Source of the DNA: Macrostomum lignano
Taxonomy: Eukaryota
Assembly (NCBI GenBank): GCA_002269645.1
Contig: NIVC01002309.1
Span: forward strand, 1-64,000
Direction: 5' to 3'
Length of the DNA stretch: 64,000 nt
Shown: piece by piece, positions 1 to 55,486 of the stretch
Position numbering within the stretch: position 1 is the stretch's first letter
Layout: the number at the start of each line of letters is the position of its first letter
Made by a program: the position numbers and the translations under genes
Notes under the pieces: model-generated
Told to the model about the DNA's origin: nothing
Seen by the model: only the letters and a program-made list of their open reading frames with translations
The model's database searches: none

Positions 1-875
1 CATTCCTGCCTGCACCCCTCACTCCTAGACACCCACCTCATTCCTGCCTGCACCCCTCACTCCTAGACACCCACCTCATTCCTGCCTGCACCCCTCACTC
101 CTAGACACCCACCTTCCATTCCTGCTGCCCCACCCCTCACTCCTAGACACCCACACCTCATTTCCTGCCCGCACCCCTCACTCCTATGACACCCACCCCA
201 TTCTGCCTGCACCCCCTTCACTCCTAGACACCCCACCTCATTCCTGCCGCACCCTCTACCCTAGACACCCACCATTCCTGCCTGCACCCCTCACTCCTAG
301 ACACCCACCCCATTCCTGCCTGCGCACCCCTCACTCCTAGACACCCACCTCATTCCTGCCTGCACCCCTCACTCCTAGACACCCACCTCATTCCTGCCTG
401 CACCCCTCACTCCTAGACACCCACCTCATTCCTGCCTGCACCCCTCACTCTAGACACCCACCCATTCCTGCCTGCACCCTCACTCCTAGACACCCACCTC
501 ATTCCTGCCTGCACCCTCACTCCTAGACACCCACCCATTCCTGCCCGCACCCCTCACTCCTAGACACCCACCTCATTCCTGCCTGCACCCCTCACTCCTA
601 GACACCCACCTCATTCCTGCCTGCACCCCTCACTCCTAGACACCACCCATTCCTGCCCGCACCCTCACTCCTAGACACCCACCTCATTCCTGCCTGCACC
701 CCTCACTCCTAGACACCCACCACATTCCTGCCCGCACATCTCACTCCTAGACATCCACCACATTCCTGCCCGCACATCTCACTTATTCCACCCCACCCCA
801 TTCCTTCCCGCACCCCTCACTCCTAGACACCCACCTCATTCCTGCCTGCACCCCTCACTCCTAGACACCCACCCC
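1..875. repeat. 38-bp minisatellite (CATTCCTGCCTGCACCCCTCACTCCTAGACACCCACCT)n
   Basis: About 22 tandem units read directly. Many non-recurrent 1-bp indels in the first ~600 bp. Array is cut by the window start. Confidence 0.95.
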
Positions 876-981
876 ACTCCTACCACACTCTATTCTCTTT
901 CATCGAGAAAAAAGACAGCCTTTATCCGTTTATTACTTTCAGAGTATTTTCATGCAACTGTATTAATTGTGGTCTTTTACA

Positions 982-1036
982 ATGCAAAGAGCAGCCACTT
1001 ACTTTGTGACTACGCCAATCTACTATGTAAATGCAG
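982..1036 (+). CDS. MARS2: MARS2 first visible coding exon (MQRAATYFVTTPIYYVNA)
   Basis: TTPIYYVNA motif followed by donor GCAG|GTAATT at 1037 (phase 1). ATG 982 is preceded by an in-frame TAA at 964, so the true start may be upstream. Confidence 0.8.
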
Positions 1037-4000
1037 GTAATTTATTAATCATTTTTCGACCGAGCTTTTTTCGTTATTATTATTAAATTTGTTGAAACTG
1101 TATATACTGTCGTTCCACATGACTTTATTAAACAATATTACATCATATCACAATAGTCACTATGGAATATATTTTCAATTATATGTATATCATAATCAGT
1201 TTAGCAATCACTAATAATAATAATTAAAGTAATCACAAAAATAAGCGCCGTAAAAACTTCCGTATATTTAGAACTATTACAGTATTTACTCAAAATAGAG
1301 TCACTACATGATGATACGAGCGTAATCTCAAAATCACTATAAAAATGATAATCATCACAATAATCACTATATACTAATGATAATCATCGCAATAATCACT
1401 ATAAACTAATGATAATCATCGCAATAATCACTATATACTAATGATAATCATCACAATAATCACTATATACTAATGATAATCATCACAATAATCACTATAT
1501 ACTAATTATAATCATAGCAATAATCACTATATACTAATGATAATCATCACAATAATCACTATATACTAATGATAATCATCACAATAATCATGTTCCCTCT
1601 ACCCCATCAGAGCCTCACATCGGCCACCTATTCAGCAGCTGTTTAGCAGACTCGCTGGCCCGCTACCATCGCCTGTTCAACCGGCCAACCCTGCTGACCA
1701 CCGGATGTGACGAGCACGGCCAAAAAGTTGAGCAAGCCTCCATTCAAGCCGGCTTCCAAAATGTTCAACAATTTGCTCCACTAATTCTAACAAATTTCGT
1801 CTATTATTCGACTCAGCTGGATAGACTATTCAACTGGCGGTTTTCTAAGAACGTCGGAGTTGCGACATGTCGATTGCGTTTCGTCAGTTTGGAATCGACT
1901 ATCATCAAGTGGACTGCTGTCTAAAGCCAGCTACGAGGGCTGGTATTCAACCTCGGACGAGTGCTTTGTCTCTGCCGATGATTTAGTCAGATCTGAGGAT
2001 CCTGTCGCCGGAAAGGAGAAGTTCGTAATGCGGGAGACTGGCCAACCCGTTGAGCTGTGCTCAGAAGTTAATTGGCTACTGAGAATGAATGACCTGAAAA
2101 GTGAGGTCAGAAATATCTCACTTCAGAACGAGTTGTTGTGCCGGATAGGTAAGTGTGAGATTCCGAATCTGAATCCTAACCTAAATCCTATGCAATTTGT
2201 ATCTAAACTCTAACCTAAATCATATCCCTTGTAGCTAAACCCTGATCTAAATCCTATCTGCTAGGGCTACACCCTAACCTAAATGCTATCTGTTGTAGCT
2301 AAACTCTAACCTAAATCCTATCTGCTAGGGCTACACCCTAACCTAAATGCTATCTGTTGTAGCTAAACCCTGATCTAAATCCTATCTGCTAGGGCTACAC
2401 CCTAACCTAAATGCTATCTGTTGTAGCTAAACTCTAACCTAAATCCTATCTGCTAGGGCTACACCCTAACCTAAATGCTATCTGTTGTAGCTAAACTCTA
2501 ACCTAAATCCTATCTGCTAGGGCTACACCCTAACCTAAATGCTATCTGTTGTAGCTAAACTCTAACCTAAATCCTATCTGCTAGGGCTACACCCTAACCC
2601 AAATGCTATTCTACCGTACCTAAAACACCATCTAAACCCTATCTACTGTGGCTAACCTAAAACCCGACCTAATATCTACTGTAGACAACACAAAAACCCA
2701 ACATAAACCCTATCTACTGTAGACAGCCTAAAGCCCAACCTAAACCCTATCTACTGTAGCCAACCTAAAACCCAACCTAAACCCTATCACAGATACTCAG
2801 AATCGGCACTGCGCCAATTGAACTCAACGCCCGACACTCTGTCGGTCAGTCGACCTACAAGTCGATGCAGCTGGGGTGTCCCGGTGCCCGGAGACCCCAG
2901 CCAGACAGTCTACGTGTGGCTGGACGCCCTGTGCAACTATCTAACCTGCGCCGGCTACCCAAACCACCTGAGAGCCTGGCCTCCAACCGATCAGATTGTT
3001 GGCAAAGATATCCTCAGATTTCATGCCATAATTTGGCCAGCTATTCTCATTGCGATGGGCCTGCAGCCGCCGAATAGGATTATCTGTCACGGGCATTGGC
3101 TCTGCGATGGTAGAAAAATGTCCAAATCTTTAGGCAATGTTGTCCGACCAGATGAGGACCTGTTCAATCGGTTGAGCAGAGACGGACTCAGATACGCTCT
3201 GCTCAGATCCGGACCAGTGACTGGGGAAGATGCGGATTTTCAATTAGCCAGATCCATTCACACGGTGAATGATGAGCTGGTTAATTGTATGGCTAATCTG
3301 GCTTCCAGAGCTTCCAGTCCGAAGGTTGGCAGTTTTCTGTGTTTTGTTTATTATGTTTAATTAAATCTCATTTTAGTACCAGTCTTCACTTTTATTCTCG
3401 TTGCAGTCTTATTCTTAATCTCACACTCAATCTCACCGTAGTCTCACCCTCAATCTCACCGTAGTCTCACCCTCAATCTCAGCACAGTCTCACCCTCAAT
3501 CTCACCGTAGTCTCACCCTAAATCTCACCGTAGTCTCATCCTCAATCTCACCATAGTTTCACCCTCAATCTCACCGTAGTCTCACCCTCAATCTCACCGT
3601 AGTCTCACCCTAAATCTCACCGTAGTCTCATCCTCAATCTCACCATAGTCTCACCCTCAATCTCACCGTAGTCTCACCCTCAATCTCAGCACAGTCTCAC
3701 CCTCAATCTCACCGTAGTCCCACCCTCAATCTCACCGTAGTCTCACCCTCAATCTCAGCACAGTCTCACCCTCAATATCACCGTAGTCTCACCCTCAATC
3801 TCACCGTAGTCTCATCCTTATCATCATTGTAGTTTTATCTTCAGTCTCACCGTAGTCTCACCCTTAATCTCACCATAGATCCACCGCAGGTCCCTGCCTC
3901 CTGTGGAGTCGCACAAAGACTTACTAAGACACGCGGCCAACCTTAACGAACACCAATTTGTCGAGCAGTTGCTCAACCTATCCGACAGTCTGCACTCCCA

Positions 4001-4358
4001 ATGGTCCGAAGTTCGAATCCATCACGTAGCCGACAGTCTAGTATCGGTGTGGCGCTCGGCCAACTCTCTATTCGATCGTTGGCATCCCTGGCAACTGGCC
4101 AAATCTGATGACGCTGAGTCGATGAGCAAATTAGACTCACTGCTAGTCCTGGTATTTGCCAGTCTCAGACTCACCGGGCTTCATCTCACTCCGCTGTGCC
4201 CCACACTGGGCCATCGGCTGATGTCTGCGTCCGGTGTTGATAAATCGGACACTGTCCGATTTGACAGTCCAATTGACAGCGTCCTGCTCTGTCCGAGAGA
4301 GCTGGCCGCTCCGTCCGCCTCCCGTGAACATTTAATTGAGAGGCGTGAAGTTTTGTAG
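982..4358 (+). CDS. MARS2: Mitochondrial-type methionyl-tRNA synthetase, whole gene: join(982..1036,1611..2148,2793..3324,3879..4358), ~535 aa after correcting three 1-bp deletions
   Basis: Spliced translation gives YFVTTPIYYVNAEPHIGH (HIGH), TGCDEHGQK, YEGWYSTSDECF, WGVPVPGDPSQTVYVWLDALCNY, GKDILRFHAIIWP and KMSKSLGNVV, the class I MetRS motifs of the bacterial/mitochondrial type. All introns are GT-AG. The N-terminus is uncertain. Confidence 0.92.
1330..1590. repeat. 32-bp AT-rich minisatellite (CAATAATCACTATATACTAATGATAATCATCA)n in MARS2 intron 1
   Basis: About 8 units with period 32 (TCACT at 1364 and 1396). Ends ~20 bp before the acceptor. Confidence 0.9.
1611..2148 (+). CDS. MARS2: MARS2 exon 2 (HIGH motif to connective-peptide region), with three apparent -1 frameshifts
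   Basis: Acceptor CATCAG|1611 and donor AG|GTAAGT 2149. The MetRS-like reading moves through three frames at ~1774, ~1821 and ~2113. Confidence 0.88.
2165..2790. repeat. 64-bp (2 x ~32 bp) minisatellite filling MARS2 intron 2
   Basis: CTAACCTAAATCCTATCTGCTAGGGCT and ACACCCTAACCTAAATGCTATCTGTTGTAGCTA subunits alternate with period 64. Confidence 0.9.
2793..3324 (+). CDS. MARS2: MARS2 exon 3 (contains KMSKS)
   Basis: Acceptor ATCACAG|2793. Open frame YSESALRQLNSTPDTLSVSR...KMSKSLGNVV...SSPK. Donor AAG|GTTGGC 3325 (phase 0). Confidence 0.92.
3420..3878. repeat. 23-bp minisatellite (TCTCACCCTCAATCTCACCGTAG)n in MARS2 intron 3
   Basis: About 19 units running up to the acceptor AG at 3877-3878. 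Confidence 0.93.
3879..4358 (+). CDS. MARS2: MARS2 exon 4 (anticodon-binding helical domain, stop TAG)
   Basis: Acceptor CACCATAG|3879 is in phase with exon 3 (SSPK|IHRR). Contains NSLFDRWHPWQLAK, matching the N-x-x-F-x-x-x-x-PW pattern of the MetRS anticodon domain. Confidence 0.85.
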   Translation: MHRRSLPPVESHKDLLRHAANLNEHQFVEQLLNLSDSLHSQWSEVRIHHVADSLVSVWRSANSLFDRWHPWQLAKSDDAESMSKLDSLLVLVFASLRLTGLHLTPLCPTLGHRLMSASGVDKSDTVRFDSPIDSVLLCPRELAAPSASREHLIERREVL

Positions 4359-4484
4359 CGGTTGGAGTTTAAGTTTTCTATCGTGTTTTACTTGCTTGCT
4401 GTACTACTGATTTACAAGTAATATACTAAGCTGCTTGGCATTGAGTCGAAACTGCGTCTTTATTTCTAATTAATTTGTTTGTAT

Positions 4485-5643
4485 TCACGGTTTCATGATT
4501 TTGATAGGAATTCTGCAATACAAACCTACTGTATCAAAATTGCAACTTCAACTAACAGCAAAAAACAAAAGCAACAACAAAATCCTACAAAAACAAAATC
4601 CTACAACAACAGAAGCAACAACTAAATCCTACAACAACAAAAGCAACAACCAAATCCTACATCAACGAAAGCAACAACAAAATCCTACAACAACGAAAGC
4701 AACAACAAAATCCTACAATAGCAAAAGCAACAACAAAATCGTACAATAGCAAAATCAGCAACAAAATCATACAACATCAAAAGCAACAACAAAATCCTAC
4801 AACAACAAAGCAACAACAAAATCCTACGACAACAAAAGCAACAACAAAATCCTACAGCAACAAAAGCAACAACAAAATCCTACAACAACAAAAGCAACAA
4901 CAAAATCCTCCAACAACGAAAGCAACAACAAAATCCTACAGCAAAAACAAAAGCAACAACAAAATCCTCCAGCAACAAAAGCAACAACAAAATCCAACAG
5001 CAACGAAAGCAAAAACAAAATCCTACAACAACAAAAGCAACAACAAAATCCTACAGCAACAAAAGCAACAACTAAATCCTACAACAACAAAAGCAACAAC
5101 AAAATCCTCCAACAACGAAAGCAACAACAAAATCCTACAGCAAAAACAAAAGCAACAACAAAATCCTCCAGCAACAAAAGCAACAACAAAATCCTACAGC
5201 AACGAAAGCAACAACAAAATCCTACAGCAACGAAAGCAACAACAAAATCTTACAGCAACGAAAGCAACAACAAAATCCTACAATAGCAAAAGCAGCAACT
5301 AAATCCTACAACAATAAAAGTAACAAAGCACAAGAGCAACAACAAAATGCAACAACCATATAAAAATTGCAAAACATTTCCGAAAATAGAAGCAAAGAAA
5401 AAGATATGCAATATTATTCATTTTTCTCTATCGCAACACAAACTAGGAGAATTGAATCGCATCGAATGAAATGAATTCTAGAGAATGGATGACACGATGT
5501 TACCTCAAACTTCTCAAGCTTGTGTGTCTCATCCGGAACTCAGACTCATAATCGTCTTTCTTGCTGATGAAAATCTGATATTTAATCGGCTTCCCTTTGG
5601 GATCAATTTGGGATGAAATGCGTTTGTTCCCTCTGGTGGCCAT
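4485..5643 (-). CDS. Candidate two-exon microprotein, 55 aa, complement(join(4485..4512,5504..5643))
   Basis: ATG in GGAATGG context, donor GAG|GTAACA, acceptor TTGTATTGCAG|, matching phases, TGA, and AATAAA 21 nt downstream. No recognised homology. Confidence 0.35.
4560..5345. repeat. A/C-rich ~25-28-bp minisatellite (AAAAGCAACAACAAAATCCTACAACAAC)n
   Basis: About 28 variable units read directly. Confidence 0.92.
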
Positions 5644-5879
5644 TCCGAGTCTTCGTGTGAGCTCGCGGATAAATATATGAGTTCATATTAAGGTTCTGAG
5701 AAAACAATAGTTTCGAGAAATATTTTATTGGCCCATGCAACTGGGGCTTAAATGAATGACAGGCATTATTGACACTAGATAGACGGACTAACAATACAAT
5801 GCGGCTCTCACTGACAGGAAGACAGGCAATACTGGAAGCAGACATACAGAAATGCATGGCAGAACTAGATGGGCACTAA

Positions 5880-6205
5880 GGCAGGCGAAGACACTAACAC
5901 AGGCAGATGGGCAGACATACATTAAGACAGGCTGGCAGACAGACAGACATGCAGGCAAACAGACAGAGACAAAAATTGAGGGGCAGACAAACGATTAGTC
6001 AGACTGACAGACATTAAGACAGGCAGACAGACCGGATATTAAGACATAAAGACAGGCAGGCAGACAGACAGACATTAAGACAGGCTGACAGACAGACAGA
6101 CATTAAGACAGGCAGGCAGACAGACAGGTAGACAGCTGCAGACAGACAGACAGACATTAAGACAGGCTGGCAGACAGACAGACAGGTAGACACACAGACA
6201 GAAAA
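5880..6205. repeat. Degenerate (CAGA)n microsatellite with ATTAAGACAGG interruptions
   Basis: Direct reading. Confidence 0.8.
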
Positions 6206-6759
6206 TTTTAAGGTGAGAAACTGCAGTTTCAATTGCATTTCAGCAGAGATTGCGCAGCTTCTCTGTATTACAGTATATATTTGACAAGAAGAGGAAGCCC
6301 CTTGCCAGAAATTGCGTCACCCTCTGACTTCTGACGTTTTAAAACGGAAAGAGAAAGAGAAGCTCTGTGAAAAAAGTCGCTGAATTTTATTATACTATAT
6401 ATAGCTGGCTAATTTTATTTTCAAAAAAATGGCAGTCAAGGAGCGGCCTATAGTAGCCATCAAGTATTTGAATGGCGATTCCGTTATTTCAATAGTTATA
6501 GCACGCACTGATGACCTTTCAGACGTGCGGCTCACGAATTATACAATGCGACATTGCCGCATGTGGGTACCGCACCGGATCCACTGGGGTTAGAATGAGA
6601 CTTGTCACCTGATAAGTGACTCGTAAATCCTCTTACCTAATCGAAAGTGAGAAAATTCTTTCATTGTTATAAATTGAGTCCGGTCGGGATTGACTTTGAC
6701 TGATGCGTTTCACTATAGATTTTAGGAGCTGAAATTTACAGAACTGGAGTCTGGGGCCT

Positions 6760-7350
6760 AAAAAAGGGGCCTGTGGCGCCAAAAAAAGTGTCTGCCTGCG
6801 GCGCTAAAATGAGTGCCTGTGGCGCCAAAATGAGTGCCTGTGTGGTGCCAAAATGAGTGCCTGTGGCGCCAAAATGAGTGCCTGCGGCGCCAAAATGAGT
6901 GCCTGCGGCGCTAAAATGAGTGCCTGTGTGGTGCCAAAATGAGTGCCTGTGTGGTGCCAAAATGAGTGTCTGTGGCTCCAAAAAAGTGCCTGCCTGCGGC
7001 GCTAAAATGAGTGCCTGCGGCGCCAAAATGAGTGTCTGTGGCGCTAAAATGAGTGCCTGCGGCGCCAAAATGAGTGTCTGTGGCGCTAAAATGAGTGCCT
7101 GCGGCGCCAAAATGAGTGTCTGTGGCGCTAAAATGAGTGCCTGTGTGGTGCCAAAATGAGTGCATGCGGCGCCAAAATGAGTGCCTGCGGCGCCAAAATG
7201 AGTGTTTGTGGCGCCAAAATGAGTGCCTGTGTGGTGCCAAAATGAGTGCCTGCGGCGCCAAAATGAGTGTTTGTGGCGCCAAAATGAGTGCCTGTGTGGT
7301 GCCAAAATGAGTGCCTGTGGTGCCAAAATGAGTGCTCGCCGAAATGAGTG
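6760..7350. repeat. 21/23-bp minisatellite (AAAATGAGTGCCTGCGGCGCC)n
   Basis: About 27 units with GCGGCGCC, GTGGCGCC and GTGTGGTGCC variants. Confidence 0.93.
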
Positions 7351-8270
7351 CCTGGAATTTTGCCATGTAGAATTCATAGCTTTGTAATCGTGACGCTCTG
7401 CCTTACACATGCTTATTAGAATAATAAAATCATAAATCCCAGATCCCAGATTTCCCAATTTTTCAATCCCACTCGTATGCATTTAGATTTGTATCACAGT
7501 GTTGGTTGGTATAAAAACTACCCAAGATCCACAGTTTATACTAATTGACCCCAACTGACCCAACATTATCGTCAGTGATAGTTATTATTATTTCAACAAT
7601 AGACCAACCATCCCCACTTATTGGCAATCCGCGATGGCTGCGAACTCTGATGACAGGGTTTTTTCATCTCTACTAATCTGCACTAATAGCAACTAGAAAA
7701 GGCATCAATCAAATCACCTGCGACTATAACCCCATTCCTCAACTACTCTTGTGTGTCTCTCGCCTTGGCTCTCATGATTAGTGTCCTATAACACAACTGG
7801 TTTGAATGATTGACCTTGGGGGCAGCTTTGGCCAAAATAGATCAGCTTCATCCGCGAGCTTCATCAGATTGGTAGGTGCACATTCGGCGAGATAGTAAAA
7901 GTGCAAGATGGAAAACATTGCATTGGGCAGGTATTGGCAGTTGTTGGCACGTGTTACTAATGACCATTACAATGCGACCATTAGCAAACTTTTTTTGACA
8001 TCTCCGGCCATAACTTAGCTATCAATTTTTCACTTTGACTCTCTGCTTCTATCCATTCTTTTTTCCATCCTATCCCCATTGCCATCTCATCCTAATTGTT
8101 GGCTCAGTCCTCCCAATGGTCCAGTAGTCCGCGTACTGGCACTTGACTTGTTAATGCGGGCTGTTCACCAATGATGCACTTTGTACTGTTCGTTTAATGT
8201 GAGAGGGCTGCAAAGGTTTGATGTTGCTGCTTGGAAGTAGCAAAATTCCCAGTTCCCTGCTCCTAGTATA

Positions 8271-10090
8271 GATCCCAGATGCCAGATCCCAGATCCTGGA
8301 TCCTAGATTCTAGATCCCAGATCCTGGATCCTAGATTCTAGATCCCAGATCCTGGATCCTAGATTCTAGATCCCAGATCCTAGAATCTGATTCCCAGATC
8401 CTCCTAGATCCCAGATCCTAGATTCTGATTCCCAGATCCTCCTAGATCCCAGATCCTAGATTCCGATTCTCAGATCCTCCTAGATCCCAGATCCTCCTAG
8501 ATCCCAGATCCTAGATTCTGATTCCCAGATCCTCCTAGATCCCAGATCCTCCTAGATCCCAGATCCTAGATTCTGATTCCCAGATCCTCCTAGATCCCAG
8601 ATCCTAGATTCTGATTCCCAGATCCTCCTAGATCCCAGATCCTAGATTCCGATTCTCAGATCCTCCTAGATCCCAGATCCTCCTAGATCCCAGATCCTAG
8701 ATTCTGATTCCCAGATCCTCCTAGATCCCAGATCCTCCTAGATCCCAGATCCTAGATTCTGATTCCCAGATCCTCCTAGATCCCAGATCCTAGATTCTGA
8801 TTCCCAGATCCTCCTAGATCCCAGATCCTAGATTCCGATTCTCAGATCCTCCTAGATCCCAGATCCTCCTAGATTCCAGATCCTAGATTCTGATTCCCAG
8901 ATCCTCATAGATCCCAGATCCTCCTAGATCCCAGATCCTCCTAGATCCCAGATCCTAGATTCTGATTCCCAGATCCTCCTAGATCCCAGATCCTAGATTC
9001 CGATTCTCAGATCCTCCTAGATCCCAAATCCTCCTAGATCCCAGATCCTAGATTCTGATTCCCAGATCCTCCTAGATCCCAGATCCTCCTAGATCCCAGA
9101 TCCTAGATTCTGATTCCCAGATCCTAGATTCTGATTCCCAGATCCTAGATTCTGATTCCCAGATCCTCCTAGATCCCAGATCCTAGATTCTGATTCCCAG
9201 ATCCTCCTAGATCCCAGATCCTAGATTCTGATTCCCAGATCCTCCTAGATCCCAGATCCTAGATTCTGATTCCCAGATCCTCCTAGATCCCAGATCCTAG
9301 ATTCTGATTCCCAGATCCTCCTAGATCCCAGATCCTAGATTCTGATTCCCAGATCCTCCTAGATCCCAGATCCTCCTAGATCCCAGATCCTAGATTCTGA
9401 TTCCCAGATCCTCCTAGATCCCAGATCCTAGATTCTGATTCCCAGATCCTCCTAGATCCCAGATCCTCCTAGATTCCAGATCCTCCTAGATCCCAGATCC
9501 TCCTAGATCTCAGATCCTTCTAGATTCCAGATCCTAGATTCTGATTCCCAGATCCTCCTAGATCCCAGATCCTAGATTCTGATTCCCAGATCCTCCTAGA
9601 TCCCAGATCCTAGACTCTGATTCCCAGATCCTCCTAGATCCCAGATCCTAGATTCTGATTCCCAGATCCTCCTACATGTAGATCCCAGATCCTAGACTCT
9701 GATTCCCAGATCCTCCTAGATCCCAGATCCTAGACTCTGATTCCCAGATCCTCCTAGATCCCAGATCCTAGATTCTGATTCCCAGATCCTCCTAGATCCC
9801 AGATCCTAGATTCTGATTCCCAGATCCTCCTACATGTAGATCCCAGATCCTAGACTCTGATTCCCAGATCCTCCTAGATCCCAGATCCTAGACTCTGATT
9901 CCCAGATCCTCCTAGATCCCAGATCCTAGACTCTGATTCCCAGATCCTCCTAGATCCCAGATCCTAGATTCTGATTCCCAGATCCTCCTACATGTAGATC
10001 CCAGATCCTAGATTCTGATTCCCAGATCCTCCTAGATCCCAGGTCCTACTAGATCCCAGATCCTTCTAGACCCAGATTCTTTTAGACCCT
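8271..10090. repeat. GATCCCA/GATCCTA-family compound array (copy 1)
   Basis: Built from AGATCCC, AGATCCT, CCTCCT and ATTCTGATTCCC modules. CTACATGTAG insertions near 9672, 9830 and 9989. Confidence 0.93.
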
Positions 10091-10719
10091 AGACTTAGGG
10101 TCTTTATTGTCTTTTTTCATATTAAAAAGTAAAATTGAGATTGATTTTCAGTTGGCTTCTGAAAAACTCGGGTTATAACATTTTTAGTCGATATTTTTGT
10201 CTTTATAAAAACACAGTGACTCTTGCTACGGTGGTTTCTTAGGCGCATTGAATAGCAGGATAATTTGCATCTACCTAGACGGGCTGTACATTGCTACTAA
10301 ATTCTAACCTTATATTCAAGCGCTCTGACTTCGAAGGCAGCTACACGCTCTCAATCAGAGGCGTATTGTGTGTGCCACTTGTCCCTAACATGGAAGCAGC
10401 TATAGCCTTTACCTGTTGAGTGGATTGAGGCAAACAACTTCGCCCCGAAGCTAAATTTAAGTATCATATATAAAAGTCTGCGAGCGTATCTTCTAGAAGA
10501 ACTGTCTGTTTCTTTCTTTTGAAGCTGTTTTGCTACCAATTTGGTGTACGCGTGTGTTTTGGACTTATATCCGGACCCAATGCTAAATGTTGGTCAGCAT
10601 AGTCACCAAGTTTGGTTTTAATTTTCTGTTAAGTAACAGAAATGGACATGCAGTTAATTAGTTACATATTGATTGGTTAAGTCTGCTTCCTCTTGTGCTG
10701 CTTGAATGGCATTAGAGAC

Positions 10720-11215
10720 CGTTAGAAGTACAGAGGAGAAATGGAGACAGAGAGGATTAGAAAAAGAAGAGATAAGAATAGAGGGGAGAGATGAGAGGAA
10801 ATGGGGAGAGATGATGATAGAGAGGAGAGAGATGGGATTAGAGAGACTCTGAGGGGATTAGAGAGGGGAGAGATGAGATAGGATTAAAAAGGAGAGAGAT
10901 GGAAATAGAGAGAATTGTTGAGAATAGAGAGGGGAGAGATGGGATTGGAGAGAGGAGAGATGAGTTTAGAGAAGGGAGAGATGAGATTAGAGAGGGGAGA
11001 GATGAGTTTAGAGGATAGAGATGGGATTAGAGAGGGGAGAGATGAGTTTAGAGGAGAGAGATGGGATTAGAGAGGGGAGAGATGAGTTTAGAGGAGAGAG
11101 ATGAGATTAGAGAGGGGAGAGATGAGTTTAGAGGGGAGAAGAGAGATGGGAATAGAGAGGGAAGATGGGTTTAGAGAGATGGGAGAGATGGGATAAAAGA
11201 GGAGAGAGTGGGAAC
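10720..11215. repeat. Purine-rich ~21-bp repeat (GAGAGGGGAGAGATGAGATTA)n upstream of the Ig gene
   Basis: Direct reading. Polypurine/polypyrimidine tract. Confidence 0.85.
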
Positions 11216-11559
11216 AGGAGAGTAACTAGAATTTAAATGAGTGAATATTGCAGCAACAAGCGTCCATCAAATTCTTGCAACAGGGAATAAAAAAGGCGAA
11301 GTCGAACCCAAATCGCTGAATTCTTTGCCCAACAGAGCAGCCAATGAAATCAGAGATGGGATTGGGATCGGCCATCCTCCAATCCTCAGCTGAGCTTCTG
11401 CAGTTTCTCCTAAGCCAACCCCCTATACAATGGTCGTCAGATCGACAAAATTTCAATCCTTCCAATTTTATCCCTGCAATACAACCTGCTGAAGCAACCG
11501 GTACCTACTAGGATAATGCCACAGCTAAATTTCCTGCGATAGAAAACAACCAGCAACTC

Positions 11560-55426
<43,867 letters not shown>

Positions 55427-55486
55427 TGCTGGCGAGTGGCACCGGCCCAGAGCTTCGGAGCTTTTCCACCGATTTCGAATTTAAAG

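Noticed and set aside
2165-2790. Interstitial telomeric repeat (CCCTAA)
   Set aside because: Only about one CCCTAA per 64-bp unit and never tandem.
6690-6720. Hammerhead or Penelope-like GAAACGCATCAG motif on the minus strand
   Set aside because: No CTGANGA core or stem II upstream, so the motif is incomplete.
6736-7482. ORFs across the 21-bp array (QALILAP, GTHFGA repeats)
   Set aside because: Repeat-derived and open in multiple frames, with no coding signal.
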